DNA of 64,000 bases, taken from an uncultured Alistipes sp. (GTDB lineage: Bacteria; Bacteroidota; Bacteroidia; Bacteroidales; Rikenellaceae). Below the pieces are notes generated by a model. The model ran no database searches. It had not been told where the DNA came from and saw nothing but the letters and a program-made list of their open reading frames with translations. The stretch is taken from NCBI GenBank assembly GCA_948603215.1, contig CAPECJ010000002.1, positions 171,805-235,804 on the forward strand. Direction: 5' to 3'. Position numbers and translations under genes: made by a program. Shown here piece after piece: positions 48,417 through 57,753 of this stretch. Numbering within the stretch: position 1 is the stretch's first letter; each line of letters begins with the position of its first letter.

Positions 48417-48686
48417 TTATTCTTCCGTCGATTGTGAATCCGGAGTTGTTGCCGTAGTTGTAGTACTGTCTTGCTGCAAGGCGGAATCCAACGGACTGTA
48501 ATTAGTTTTTGCAGCTGGAGGACGCACGCCATACATAACGATGATGGGGCGTGCCACCGAGACCGTATCGCTTGCAGCCTCCGCATCAACCGACCCTTTC
48601 GAGGGGGCGTTCTTGACGGTGGAACAAGCTGCCGAAAAACCCATAAGAGCAGCTAAAGCGAGTTTCAGTTTTCGGTTCATGGCCAT
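48417..48686 (-). CDS. Small lipoprotein, putative radical SAM substrate (TIGR04134-like) with MYG motif
   Basis: MNRKLKLALAALMGFSAAC lipobox; IIVMYGVRPP; 7 nt upstream of the rSAM gene. The start may be 48680. Confidence 0.8.
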   Translation of the reverse strand: MAMNRKLKLALAALMGFSAACSTVKNAPSKGSVDAEAASDTVSVARPIIVMYGVRPPAAKTNYSPLDSALQQDSTTTTATTPDSQSTEE

Positions 48687-48708
48687 TCAGTCAATGGATT
48701 CGATGCGA

Positions 48709-48716
48709 CAAATATA
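48709..48716 (-). promoter_or_regulatory. -7 promoter element for the lipoprotein-rSAM operon
   Basis: TATATTTG on the minus strand. Confidence 0.6.
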
Positions 48717-48815
48717 GAAAAATTTATTTCTCGGACGAAAAAACATGATGAAAAGTTTTGACGGCGCATGTTTTTTACGTTACTTTGTCGCGCATAACAC
48801 TTAATAATTTTATTT

Positions 48816-49016
48816 ATGACAGGTACGGTAAAATGGTTCGATAGCAAGAAAGGCTACGGATTCATTACGGAGGAGAGCGGCAAGGAGATTTTCGTGCACT
48901 ACTCTGGGATTGTTGCAGGAGGATTCAAGTCGCTTAACGAAGGCCAGACGGTTGAGTTCGAGGTCGCCGACGGCGCCAAAGGCGAACAAGCCGTGAATGT
49001 GACCATCGTTAAGTAA
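48816..49016 (+). CDS. Cold-shock domain protein
   Basis: GTVKWF...KGYGFI and IFVHYS motifs. Confidence 0.96.
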   Translation: MTGTVKWFDSKKGYGFITEESGKEIFVHYSGIVAGGFKSLNEGQTVEFEVADGAKGEQAVNVTIVK

Positions 49017-49039
49017 ACGATAGAATGCCACATTGGACG

Positions 49040-49070
49040 GGGCGATTTTCAAGAGAAAATCGCCCTTTTT
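49040..49070 (+). terminator. Intrinsic terminator
   Basis: GGGCGATTTTC-aaga-GAAAATCGCCC-TTTTT. Confidence 0.85.
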
Positions 49071-49169
49071 AGTTTGTTGCTGAGGCCGATCGGCTGCGGT
49101 GGATTCGGATTTCAGGTGCCGAATGCGAAATCCGTAAGCGCGGAACGATGTCGATTTCGGAAAATATCG

Positions 49170-49177
49170 TATATTTG
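49170..49177 (+). promoter_or_regulatory. -7 promoter element for pfk
   Basis: TATATTTG. Confidence 0.5.
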
Positions 49178-49270
49178 GACGATGATTTCGGATGTGCCCG
49201 AATCACTTCCGTATTGATTTATGCGATAATCAGTAGATAAACCGAATATTAATAAAAAAGTGTGAAAAAC

Positions 49271-50506
49271 ATGAAAGAAGCAATCGCTATTCTGACCGGC
49301 GGCGGACCGGCCCCGGGCATGAATACTGTGGTCGGCAGTGTCGCAAAAACATTTCTACGCAAAGGCTATCGCGTAATCGGCTTGCACGAAGGATATACCG
49401 GTTTGTTCATCCCCGATCCCCGTACGGTGGACATTGATTATCAGATGGCCGACGGAATATTCAATCAGGGCGGTTCGTTCCTCCAAATGAGCCGTTTCAA
49501 ACCGAAGGATTCCGATTTCGAAAACAACTTCAATCTGAAATTCTTCACCGATAACAATGTCAAGCTGTTGGTGACCGTGGGCGGTGACGATACGGCTTCG
49601 ACGGCCAACCGCATTGCCAAGTTCCTCGAAGCGAAAAGGTATCCGATTGCCAATATCCACGTTCCGAAGACCATCGACAATGACCTCCCGCTTCCGAACG
49701 GTACACCGACTTTCGGTTACGAATCGGCTAAAGACAAGGGTGCCGTGATCGCTCGGGCCGTTTATGTCGATGCACGTACCAGCGGAAACTGGTTTGTGTT
49801 GGCTGCGATGGGCCGCAGTGCGGGACACTTGGCGTTCGGTATCGGAGAGGCTTGCCACTACCCGATGATTATCATTCCCGAGATGTTCGACAAAACCGAA
49901 ATCACGGTCGATAAAATCGTGAAACTGGTTATATCGTCCATCGTGAAGCGTAAAATCATGGGGATGGATTACGGTGCTGCTGTCATTTCCGAGGGCGTAT
50001 TTCATGCGCTTTCCGACGAAGAGATTCGCAAGAGCGGTATTCATTTCACTTACGACGAACACGGTCATCCCGAGTTGGGAAAGGTCTCGAAAGCGCATAT
50101 TTTCAATGAATTGATTGAAAAACGTGTCAAGGAATTAGGTCTCAAGGTTAAGAGCCGTCCGGTGGAATTGGGTTACGAAATCCGCTGTCAGACCCCGATT
50201 GCTTACGACCTGACTTATTGTTCCGAGCTCGGTTTGGGCGTTTACAAACTTTTCTCCGAGGGTAAAACGGGTTGCATGGTCTACGTCAACACGGAAGGTA
50301 ATGTTTCGCCGCTCTATCTGAAAGATCTGCAAGACCCGACGACGGGCAAGATTCCGCCTCGTCTGGTCGATATTCGTTCGGATAAGTTCCATGCAGTTGT
50401 CGAGAACATTCTCAATGCTATTGTGCCCGAAGACTACGAAGCGGCCAAAGCCTATCTGTCCGATCCGGCGGAGTTTGATTTCCACAAGATTCTAAACTGG
50501 AAATAA
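49271..50506 (+). CDS. 6-phosphofructokinase, probably pyrophosphate-dependent
   Basis: GGGPAPGMN, GGDD, PKTIDND and MGR motifs. GGDD together with PKTIDND is the PPi-type signature. Confidence 0.92.
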   Translation: MKEAIAILTGGGPAPGMNTVVGSVAKTFLRKGYRVIGLHEGYTGLFIPDPRTVDIDYQMADGIFNQGGSFLQMSRFKPKDSDFENNFNLKFFTDNNVKLLVTVGGDDTASTANRIAKFLEAKRYPIANIHVPKTIDNDLPLPNGTPTFGYESAKDKGAVIARAVYVDARTSGNWFVLAAMGRSAGHLAFGIGEACHYPMIIIPEMFDKTEITVDKIVKLVISSIVKRKIMGMDYGAAVISEGVFHALSDEEIRKSGIHFTYDEHGHPELGKVSKAHIFNELIEKRVKELGLKVKSRPVELGYEIRCQTPIAYDLTYCSELGLGVYKLFSEGKTGCMVYVNTEGNVSPLYLKDLQDPTTGKIPPRLVDIRSDKFHAVVENILNAIVPEDYEAAKAYLSDPAEFDFHKILNWK

Positions 50507-50516
50507 ATTCGCACGG

Positions 50517-51362
50517 ATGAAGAAGAATCACCTTGGTACGATGGCTTTTCGTCTTCTGTGCTGTTTGGTCATGCTTGGCTCGGTTTCTTTCGTTCACTCA
50601 AGAGAGCGGGCGGAGCGCGAACGGTCCGTACGTCGTCCTTTCAGTAACTTCGTTGTAGGTGTGAGTGCCGGTACGACCGGTTTTGGTGTATCGGTCACTA
50701 CCCCGCTTTGCAATCATCTTTCGTTGCGGGCAGGTTTAGCGACAGCACCGTTCAGTTACAAATTTTCCTATAATGATTTCGACTTCAACGCGCTTCTGCC
50801 GAGTAAATTCGGAATGCCGTCTTCGGTAGTCGATCGGCTCAATGCGGTCGAATTGCAGCTAAAAGGCGAATTGCAGAAGACCTTAGGCCATGTATTGTTC
50901 GATTTCGTCCCATTCCGGCGAGGCAATTCGTCGTTTTTCATCACAGCGGGCCTTTATTTCGGTACTGGCAAACTGATTACTGTCAGCGGTCGGTTCGATG
51001 ACCGGACGATGACCGATTTAAAGGATTGCGGGGTCGATATTACAAAGATTCCGGTCGAAATCGGTGATGTCAAGGTGCTGACGAATCCCGACGGTTCAGT
51101 GAGTGCGGACTTGAAAGTCCGTTCGGTCAAGCCCTATGTCGGGCTCGGTTTCGGGCGTCCGATTCCGCGGCGGCGTGTCGGTTTTCGGTTCGAGTTGGGT
51201 GCTCTTTTTCATGGCAGTCCCAAAATCGTTTCGAAAAATCTGATGGAAGAAAATTTCGATGAATTGAATGATGTGAATAAGTTTTTGAGGGATTTTTCGA
51301 TTTATCCGCACCTCAATTTTCAAGTGACGGTTCGTTTACTGAAAGATAAGAAGAAAAGGTGA
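50517..51362 (+). CDS. Hypothetical outer-membrane beta-barrel protein
   Basis: Signal peptide; amphipathic strands (GTTGFGVSV, LSLRAG, FFITAGLYFG, PYVGLGFGR, YPHLNFQV). Confidence 0.65.
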   Translation: MKKNHLGTMAFRLLCCLVMLGSVSFVHSRERAERERSVRRPFSNFVVGVSAGTTGFGVSVTTPLCNHLSLRAGLATAPFSYKFSYNDFDFNALLPSKFGMPSSVVDRLNAVELQLKGELQKTLGHVLFDFVPFRRGNSSFFITAGLYFGTGKLITVSGRFDDRTMTDLKDCGVDITKIPVEIGDVKVLTNPDGSVSADLKVRSVKPYVGLGFGRPIPRRRVGFRFELGALFHGSPKIVSKNLMEENFDELNDVNKFLRDFSIYPHLNFQVTVRLLKDKKKR

Positions 51363-51390
51363 TTTATTCTTTATTACGAAATTACGAATG

Positions 51391-51420
51391 ACGCTCCGAC
51401 TATTCGGTCGGGGCGTTTTT
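51391..51420 (+). terminator. Intrinsic terminator
   Basis: ACGCTCCGAC-tattcg-GTCGGGGCGT-TTTT. Confidence 0.8.
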
Positions 51421-51459
51421 TGTCGTAGATATTTGCGGGTTTTCAGCTGAAGTCGTAGT

Positions 51460-51972
51460 TCAGAGGAATAATTCCGGATCCGGATAGACCGATAGCGGTG
51501 TCGACGGATGAAGATGAATCAATTTTCGCCGTTGGGCTAAAGCCCGCTCTACGGTGTATCGGGTACCGCCTGTCGAACCGTCGTACCATGTTATAAGCGT
51601 GGCCGCGTGGGCGATCAAATAATCGTTGCGGACGGCATATACGCCCCGAGTGTAGTATTCGGAGAGTATGACCGTTTCATCGGCTTCAGCGAGGATTTGT
51701 TCGTAACGAATGCGGTCATGGCTTGAAAAACGCTCTTCTTGTCCGCGAAACGGGATGACTGCGACCAGCCGGATATCGGTCCGTGCAGTTCGGCAATCCA
51801 AAACAGCTTCGGCAGCCGCCATGTCGAACCCCGCAGCCATTCCGCTCAAAAAGGTATGTTTGCCGGCGCTGTGGAGTGATAGAACGGTATGCCGTAGCAG
51901 TCTGTTGGCCTCGTGGTTGTATGTGCGGTGTCCGGTGAATGCGACACAGGTCGTTATTGCGGCGTTGTTCAT
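51460..51972 (-). CDS. SLOG family protein (DUF1273/YspA-like)
   Basis: CVAFTGHR, FLSGMAAGFD, RNDYL and GGTRYTV motifs. Confidence 0.88.
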   Translation of the reverse strand: MNNAAITTCVAFTGHRTYNHEANRLLRHTVLSLHSAGKHTFLSGMAAGFDMAAAEAVLDCRTARTDIRLVAVIPFRGQEERFSSHDRIRYEQILAEADETVILSEYYTRGVYAVRNDYLIAHAATLITWYDGSTGGTRYTVERALAQRRKLIHLHPSTPLSVYPDPELFL

Positions 51973-51977
51973 GTGTG

Positions 51978-51985
51978 CAAAGTTA
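51978..51985 (-). promoter_or_regulatory. -7 promoter element for the SLOG gene
   Basis: TAACTTTG, 5 nt upstream of the ATG. Confidence 0.6.
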
Positions 51986-52043
51986 TGAATTCTGGCGCGG
52001 ACTTTGCACTTTTTTCGATCGGATTTCAAAAACTATTACGATT

Positions 52044-52253
52044 ATGAAACACACAGGTATTGTCGTTGCCTCGCTTCTCGGCGGTGCATTGATCGGTTCG
52101 GCTATCGCCATTCTGTTTACACCGCATTCGGGTCCTGAAATGCGTCGCCGCATCAAGGATTTCGTCGATGACGAAATGGATAAAGTGAAAGACGAATTCG
52201 AGCGGTTACGTTGTAAGTGCGACGAACACGGCCACTGCGATTGTGCTGACTAA
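52044..52253 (+). CDS. YtxH domain-containing protein
   Basis: LLGGALIGSAIAILFTPHSGPEMRRRI motif. Confidence 0.88.
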   Translation: MKHTGIVVASLLGGALIGSAIAILFTPHSGPEMRRRIKDFVDDEMDKVKDEFERLRCKCDEHGHCDCAD

Positions 52254-52272
52254 CGCGTAAAGCATATCGTTC

Positions 52273-52617
52273 ATGGCAGCGCAAAAATCTTCCGGCGGTA
52301 ATTTCCTTGTGTCGTTGTTATTGTTCGTGACTGCGGCTGGAATAGCTGTGCTTTTGTTGCTTGTATCGGCGGTCGTATGGTTATCCGTTTTGTTGGATTC
52401 GTTCATTTTCTCGACCTTGATTCTCGGTGGCGTGTTTACCCTTGTCGCAACGGCGATTTATTTTCTGTCCATGCGGAAATCGTTGGCACATATTCGAGAA
52501 CAGGCTGAAACGATCTACGAGGTGGCCCGGTTGGCGAAAAACGCATACGAATGGTTGGCTGAGAAGTTGCGTTGGATTCGGGCGATATGGAATTTTGGCA
52601 CTGAAAAACCGGTATAG
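52273..52617 (+). CDS. Small two-TM membrane protein (phage holin 3-6/YqjE-like)
   Basis: Two long hydrophobic segments followed by an amphipathic tail; follows ytxH. Confidence 0.55.
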   Translation: MAAQKSSGGNFLVSLLLFVTAAGIAVLLLLVSAVVWLSVLLDSFIFSTLILGGVFTLVATAIYFLSMRKSLAHIREQAETIYEVARLAKNAYEWLAEKLRWIRAIWNFGTEKPV

Positions 52618-52646
52618 TAGCCTGTCGGGTTCTGTTATCGGGGATG

Positions 52647-52685
52647 GTTACGGCCTGTGTCGGAAAGTCCGATACGGGCCGTAAC
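52647..52685. terminator. Long hairpin between convergent transcription units
   Basis: GTTACGGCCTGTGTCGGA-aag-TCCGATACGGGCCGTAAC, 18 bp with two G-U pairs on the plus strand; no U tract. Confidence 0.5.
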
Positions 52686-52743
52686 ACGTGTTTGCATATG
52701 GGCTTTGTTGTCGTTCGCTTCATATTGCGCAACCTTACCCAAC

Positions 52744-52768
52744 AAAAAAGGTCCTTCGAAAAGGACCT
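52744..52768 (-). terminator. Terminator of tRNA-Gly
   Basis: Minus-strand AGGTCCTT-ttcg-AAGGACCT followed by a T tract. Confidence 0.8.
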
Positions 52769-52772
52769 CGTG

Positions 52773-52845
52773 AGCGGAAAACGAGACTCGAACTCGCGAC
52801 CCTCAGCTTGGGAAGCTGATGCTCTACCAACTGAGCTATTTCCGC
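52773..52845 (-). tRNA. tRNA-Gly (anticodon CCC)
   Basis: GCGGAAA/TTTCCGC acceptor stem, TCAGC-TTCCCAA-GCTGA anticodon arm, TTCGAGT T loop. Confidence 0.96.
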
Positions 52846-52856
52846 ATTACAGTTTA

Positions 52857-52864
52857 CAAAGATA
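52857..52864 (-). promoter_or_regulatory. -7 promoter element for tRNA-Gly
   Basis: TATCTTTG, 11 nt upstream of the mature 5' end. Confidence 0.6.
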
Positions 52865-52903
52865 AACTGCTTTTTTGTAATTCCAAGCGCCGAAGCGATA
52901 AAT

Positions 52904-54817
52904 TTATTGTCCGTTCACGATTTTTTCGAGCGATGCAAGGTTTTTGGGATTGTCCGATTTGCGTCCATCCGGTGTGTAAAGGTATTCCAGACGGTCGGAA
53001 AAATGCTTTTCGACCTTGTTGCGCACGATTTTCATTGTGCTGTTGACCAGTCCGTTCTGTTCCGTGAATGCTTCGTCGACGATCGCCAATCCGGAAGGCA
53101 ACCAACGTTCGGGGAATTCGCCTGCAAAATTGCCTCCGGCTCGATAACGGTCGATTTCAGCAGAGATGATTTCGGCAGCAACATGCGGTCGTTGTTCCGC
53201 GTGAACGTTTCGGGTGCTCAATTCGCGTTTCAAGGCATCGCCGTCGGGCACGATGATGGCACCGGTAAAAGGCGACTGGTTGTTGTAAATTAGGATCTGG
53301 GAAATATAGGGCGACTTGTCGACAATGGCCTCTTCCATTCCTTCGGGACTGTATTTCTCGCCGTCGGCGGAAATCAACAGACTTTTGAATCGCCCCAGCA
53401 CATACAGAAATTCGTCATCCGAAACATACCCCATATCGCCCGTATGCAGCCAACCGTCGCATACCGTTTCGTCCGTAGCCTCGGGATTCTTCCAATAACC
53501 GGCCATAACGTTTTCGCCTCGGATGATAATTTCGCCCTTTTGGCCGTGCCGCAATTCGTGCCCTGCATCGTCGATAATCTTCAATTCCAACGGTATCAGT
53601 ATCTTGCCAGACGAACCGAACCGGTGCCAATGCCGCTTGGGCGAGTTGGTCGAAATGACCGGCGTCGCTTCGGATAGTCCGTAGCCTTGATACATCGGGA
53701 TGCCGATGGCGTAGAAAAAACGCTGTAACTCGGAATCGAGCAAGGCTCCCCCACCGACGAAAAACCGCAACTCACCGCCGAAAGCCTGACGCACTTTGCG
53801 GAACAACACGAAGTCGAAAAGCGAAACGAGCGGTTTCAACAGACAACGCCATCCTTGTCCTTTGCCGTATCCGTCGGCGTTGTAGGTATAAGCAATGCGA
53901 AGCGCGAACCGGAACAGTCGTTCGGTGACGCGGCCTTTTGCCTGAATGGATTTTTCGATGTTCTTGCGGAAATTCTTGGCCAAGGCCGGTACGGAGAGCA
54001 GAAAATGGGGCCGCACTTCGCGGATATTCTCCGGAATGTGTTTCAAGGTCTCCATCGGTGTGGCTCCGATTTGGACGGTCGCCACTGTTGCACCGCAAGC
54101 AATCATGATATAGAATCCGACGACGTGGGCGAAACAATGGTCCAACGGCAGGATGATGAGCGTCCGGTACCACGATGGGATGTCGACGCGCGAAAGCGAC
54201 TGCTCGACGTTGGCCGTGTAGTTGCGGTGGGTCAGAATTACGCCTTTCGGGTCGGAAGTCGTTCCCGATGTATAGGTTATCGTGGCGTAGGTGTTGTTTG
54301 TGAGACTTTGACCGATTTTCAGAAACTCCGTCTGGTTGTCGGCGAGATATTCGCGTCCTTGTCGTTTGAGTGTTCCGTAGGCCGTTTCGCCCGCTTCGAG
54401 CGGAATGGAACCGAAAACGATGATTAGTTCGAGTTCTGGCAGTTCGGCGCGGATGCGGCGGATTTTGGGCAGCTGCTGTTTCGATACGAAAAGCGCTTTT
54501 ACTTCGGCATGGCGCAGACGGAATAGCAAATCGTTCGATTCTTCCAATTTCACCGACAGCGGTACGCTGATGGCACCAGCATAGAATAATCCCAACTCGG
54601 AGATGATCCATGCGTTGCACCCTTCGGAGAGAATTGCTACCTTGTCGCTCGGGCGGATGCCCGATGCGACCAATCCTGCACCGACTTTGAGAGCCTGCTC
54701 CCTGGTTTCGGCATAGGTCGTGGGTTCGAATCGGTGATGTCTTTTTTCGAGCAAGAACGTTTTGTCTCCGTACTTTTCCACGGAGGATTCGAACAGGTCT
54801 ATAAGGGTCTTTTTCAT
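52904..54817 (-). CDS. Long-chain fatty-acid--CoA ligase (AMP-binding)
   Basis: YTSGTTSDPKGV, QGYGLSE and GWLHTGD motifs. Confidence 0.93.
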   Translation of the reverse strand: MKKTLIDLFESSVEKYGDKTFLLEKRHHRFEPTTYAETREQALKVGAGLVASGIRPSDKVAILSEGCNAWIISELGLFYAGAISVPLSVKLEESNDLLFRLRHAEVKALFVSKQQLPKIRRIRAELPELELIIVFGSIPLEAGETAYGTLKRQGREYLADNQTEFLKIGQSLTNNTYATITYTSGTTSDPKGVILTHRNYTANVEQSLSRVDIPSWYRTLIILPLDHCFAHVVGFYIMIACGATVATVQIGATPMETLKHIPENIREVRPHFLLSVPALAKNFRKNIEKSIQAKGRVTERLFRFALRIAYTYNADGYGKGQGWRCLLKPLVSLFDFVLFRKVRQAFGGELRFFVGGGALLDSELQRFFYAIGIPMYQGYGLSEATPVISTNSPKRHWHRFGSSGKILIPLELKIIDDAGHELRHGQKGEIIIRGENVMAGYWKNPEATDETVCDGWLHTGDMGYVSDDEFLYVLGRFKSLLISADGEKYSPEGMEEAIVDKSPYISQILIYNNQSPFTGAIIVPDGDALKRELSTRNVHAEQRPHVAAEIISAEIDRYRAGGNFAGEFPERWLPSGLAIVDEAFTEQNGLVNSTMKIVRNKVEKHFSDRLEYLYTPDGRKSDNPKNLASLEKIVNGQ

Positions 54818-54822
54818 ACGCA

Positions 54823-56613
<1,791 letters not shown>

Positions 56614-56635
56614 AGAGATCGAATAAAATCGTCCG

Positions 56636-56643
56636 CAAAGATA
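56636..56643 (-). promoter_or_regulatory. -7 promoter element for lepA
   Basis: TATCTTTG on the minus strand. Confidence 0.6.
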
Positions 56644-56698
56644 CGAATTTTTTTATTAGTCCGATGGACGACCGATTTGCCGATTCCTGCCGGATCGT

Positions 56699-56706
56699 TA
56701 TCTTTG
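56699..56706 (+). promoter_or_regulatory. -7 promoter element for the EamA gene
   Basis: TATCTTTG. Confidence 0.55.
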
Positions 56707-56738
56707 CACCTCAATACATTGATTTCTGTCTGATAAAA

Positions 56739-57638
56739 ATGTGGTTGACTCTTGCTTTCGTTTCGGCTGCCTTGCTCGGCTTTTATGATGCAGCCAAGAA
56801 GAAGTCGCTCACGGATAATGCTGTATTGCCCGTATTGTTGCTCAATACGCTTTTTTCGACCTTGATTTTTTTGCCTGCCGTGCTCTCCTCGGAGTTGCAC
56901 CTCGGTTGGTTCGACGGCACTGTGCTGGCGGCGGAACCGGGGACGCCGTATGCGCACGGACTGGTCGTGCTCAAATCGATAATCGTGCTGACGTCATGGG
57001 TATTCGGTTATTACGGTATGAAACACCTCCCGATCACCCTCGTCGGGCCGATCAATGCGACTCGTCCGGTACTGGTGCTCGTCGGAGCGATGCTGGTTTT
57101 CGGCGAGCGCTTGAACGGTTATCAATGGGCCGGTGTGGGGGTGGCGCTAGTCTCGCTCTTTCTTTTGAGCCGGTCGAGCCGCCGCGAAGGAGTCGATTTC
57201 GTGCACAACCGGTGGATTTTGTTCGTGGCGCTTTCGGCCCTGACTGGGGCTGTCAGTGGGTTGTACGACAAATTTATCATGGCACGACTCGATGCCGTGT
57301 TCGTGCAGAGTTGGTACAACCTTTATCAGTTTCTGATGATGGCAGTCGTCGTAGCTGTCGTCTGGTGGCCGCATCGCCATACGACCACGCCGTTTCGCTG
57401 GAATTGGGCGATTCCGTTGATTTCGGTTTTTCTTTCGCTGGCCGATTTCGCTTATCTGTATGCTTTGCGCGACCCCGAGGCGATGATTTCCGTCGTTTCG
57501 ATGATTCGACGCGGGTCGGTCGTGGTGTCGTTCGTGTGCGGCGCGGCACTCTTTCACGAACACAATCTGCGTGCGAAAGCGGTCGATTTGGCTTTCATCC
57601 TGGTCGGTATGGTTTTTCTGTGGATCGGCTCCCGATAA
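56739..57638 (+). CDS. EamA/DMT family transporter
   Basis: About 10 TM segments; LPITLVGPI and LVFGERL motifs. Confidence 0.88.
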   Translation: MWLTLAFVSAALLGFYDAAKKKSLTDNAVLPVLLLNTLFSTLIFLPAVLSSELHLGWFDGTVLAAEPGTPYAHGLVVLKSIIVLTSWVFGYYGMKHLPITLVGPINATRPVLVLVGAMLVFGERLNGYQWAGVGVALVSLFLLSRSSRREGVDFVHNRWILFVALSALTGAVSGLYDKFIMARLDAVFVQSWYNLYQFLMMAVVVAVVWWPHRHTTTPFRWNWAIPLISVFLSLADFAYLYALRDPEAMISVVSMIRRGSVVVSFVCGAALFHEHNLRAKAVDLAFILVGMVFLWIGSR

Positions 57639-57716
57639 GGCGTTCGGGCGGAATGCAAACACGGGATATCTTGAAATTCGCATGGATTCCGGACGGACAT
57701 ATTCGCAAAAAAATGT

Positions 57717-57724
57717 TACCTTTG
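57717..57724 (+). promoter_or_regulatory. -7 promoter element for pheT
   Basis: TACCTTTG. Confidence 0.5.
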
Positions 57725-57753
57725 TTCGATTTTATGGATTAAATGCTTACGCT

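Noticed and set aside
52273-52617. Holin-like gene as evidence of a prophage
   Set aside because: There are no other phage genes. This family is commonly chromosomal next to ytxH.
1424-52768. Possible REP/MITE family among the many intergenic hairpins
   Set aside because: The hairpins share no sequence with each other. They are best read as independent terminators.
46420-52845. Possible integrated element between the two tRNA genes
   Set aside because: I found no integrase and no duplicated tRNA 3' end (att site). The intervening genes include housekeeping cobB, csp and pfk.
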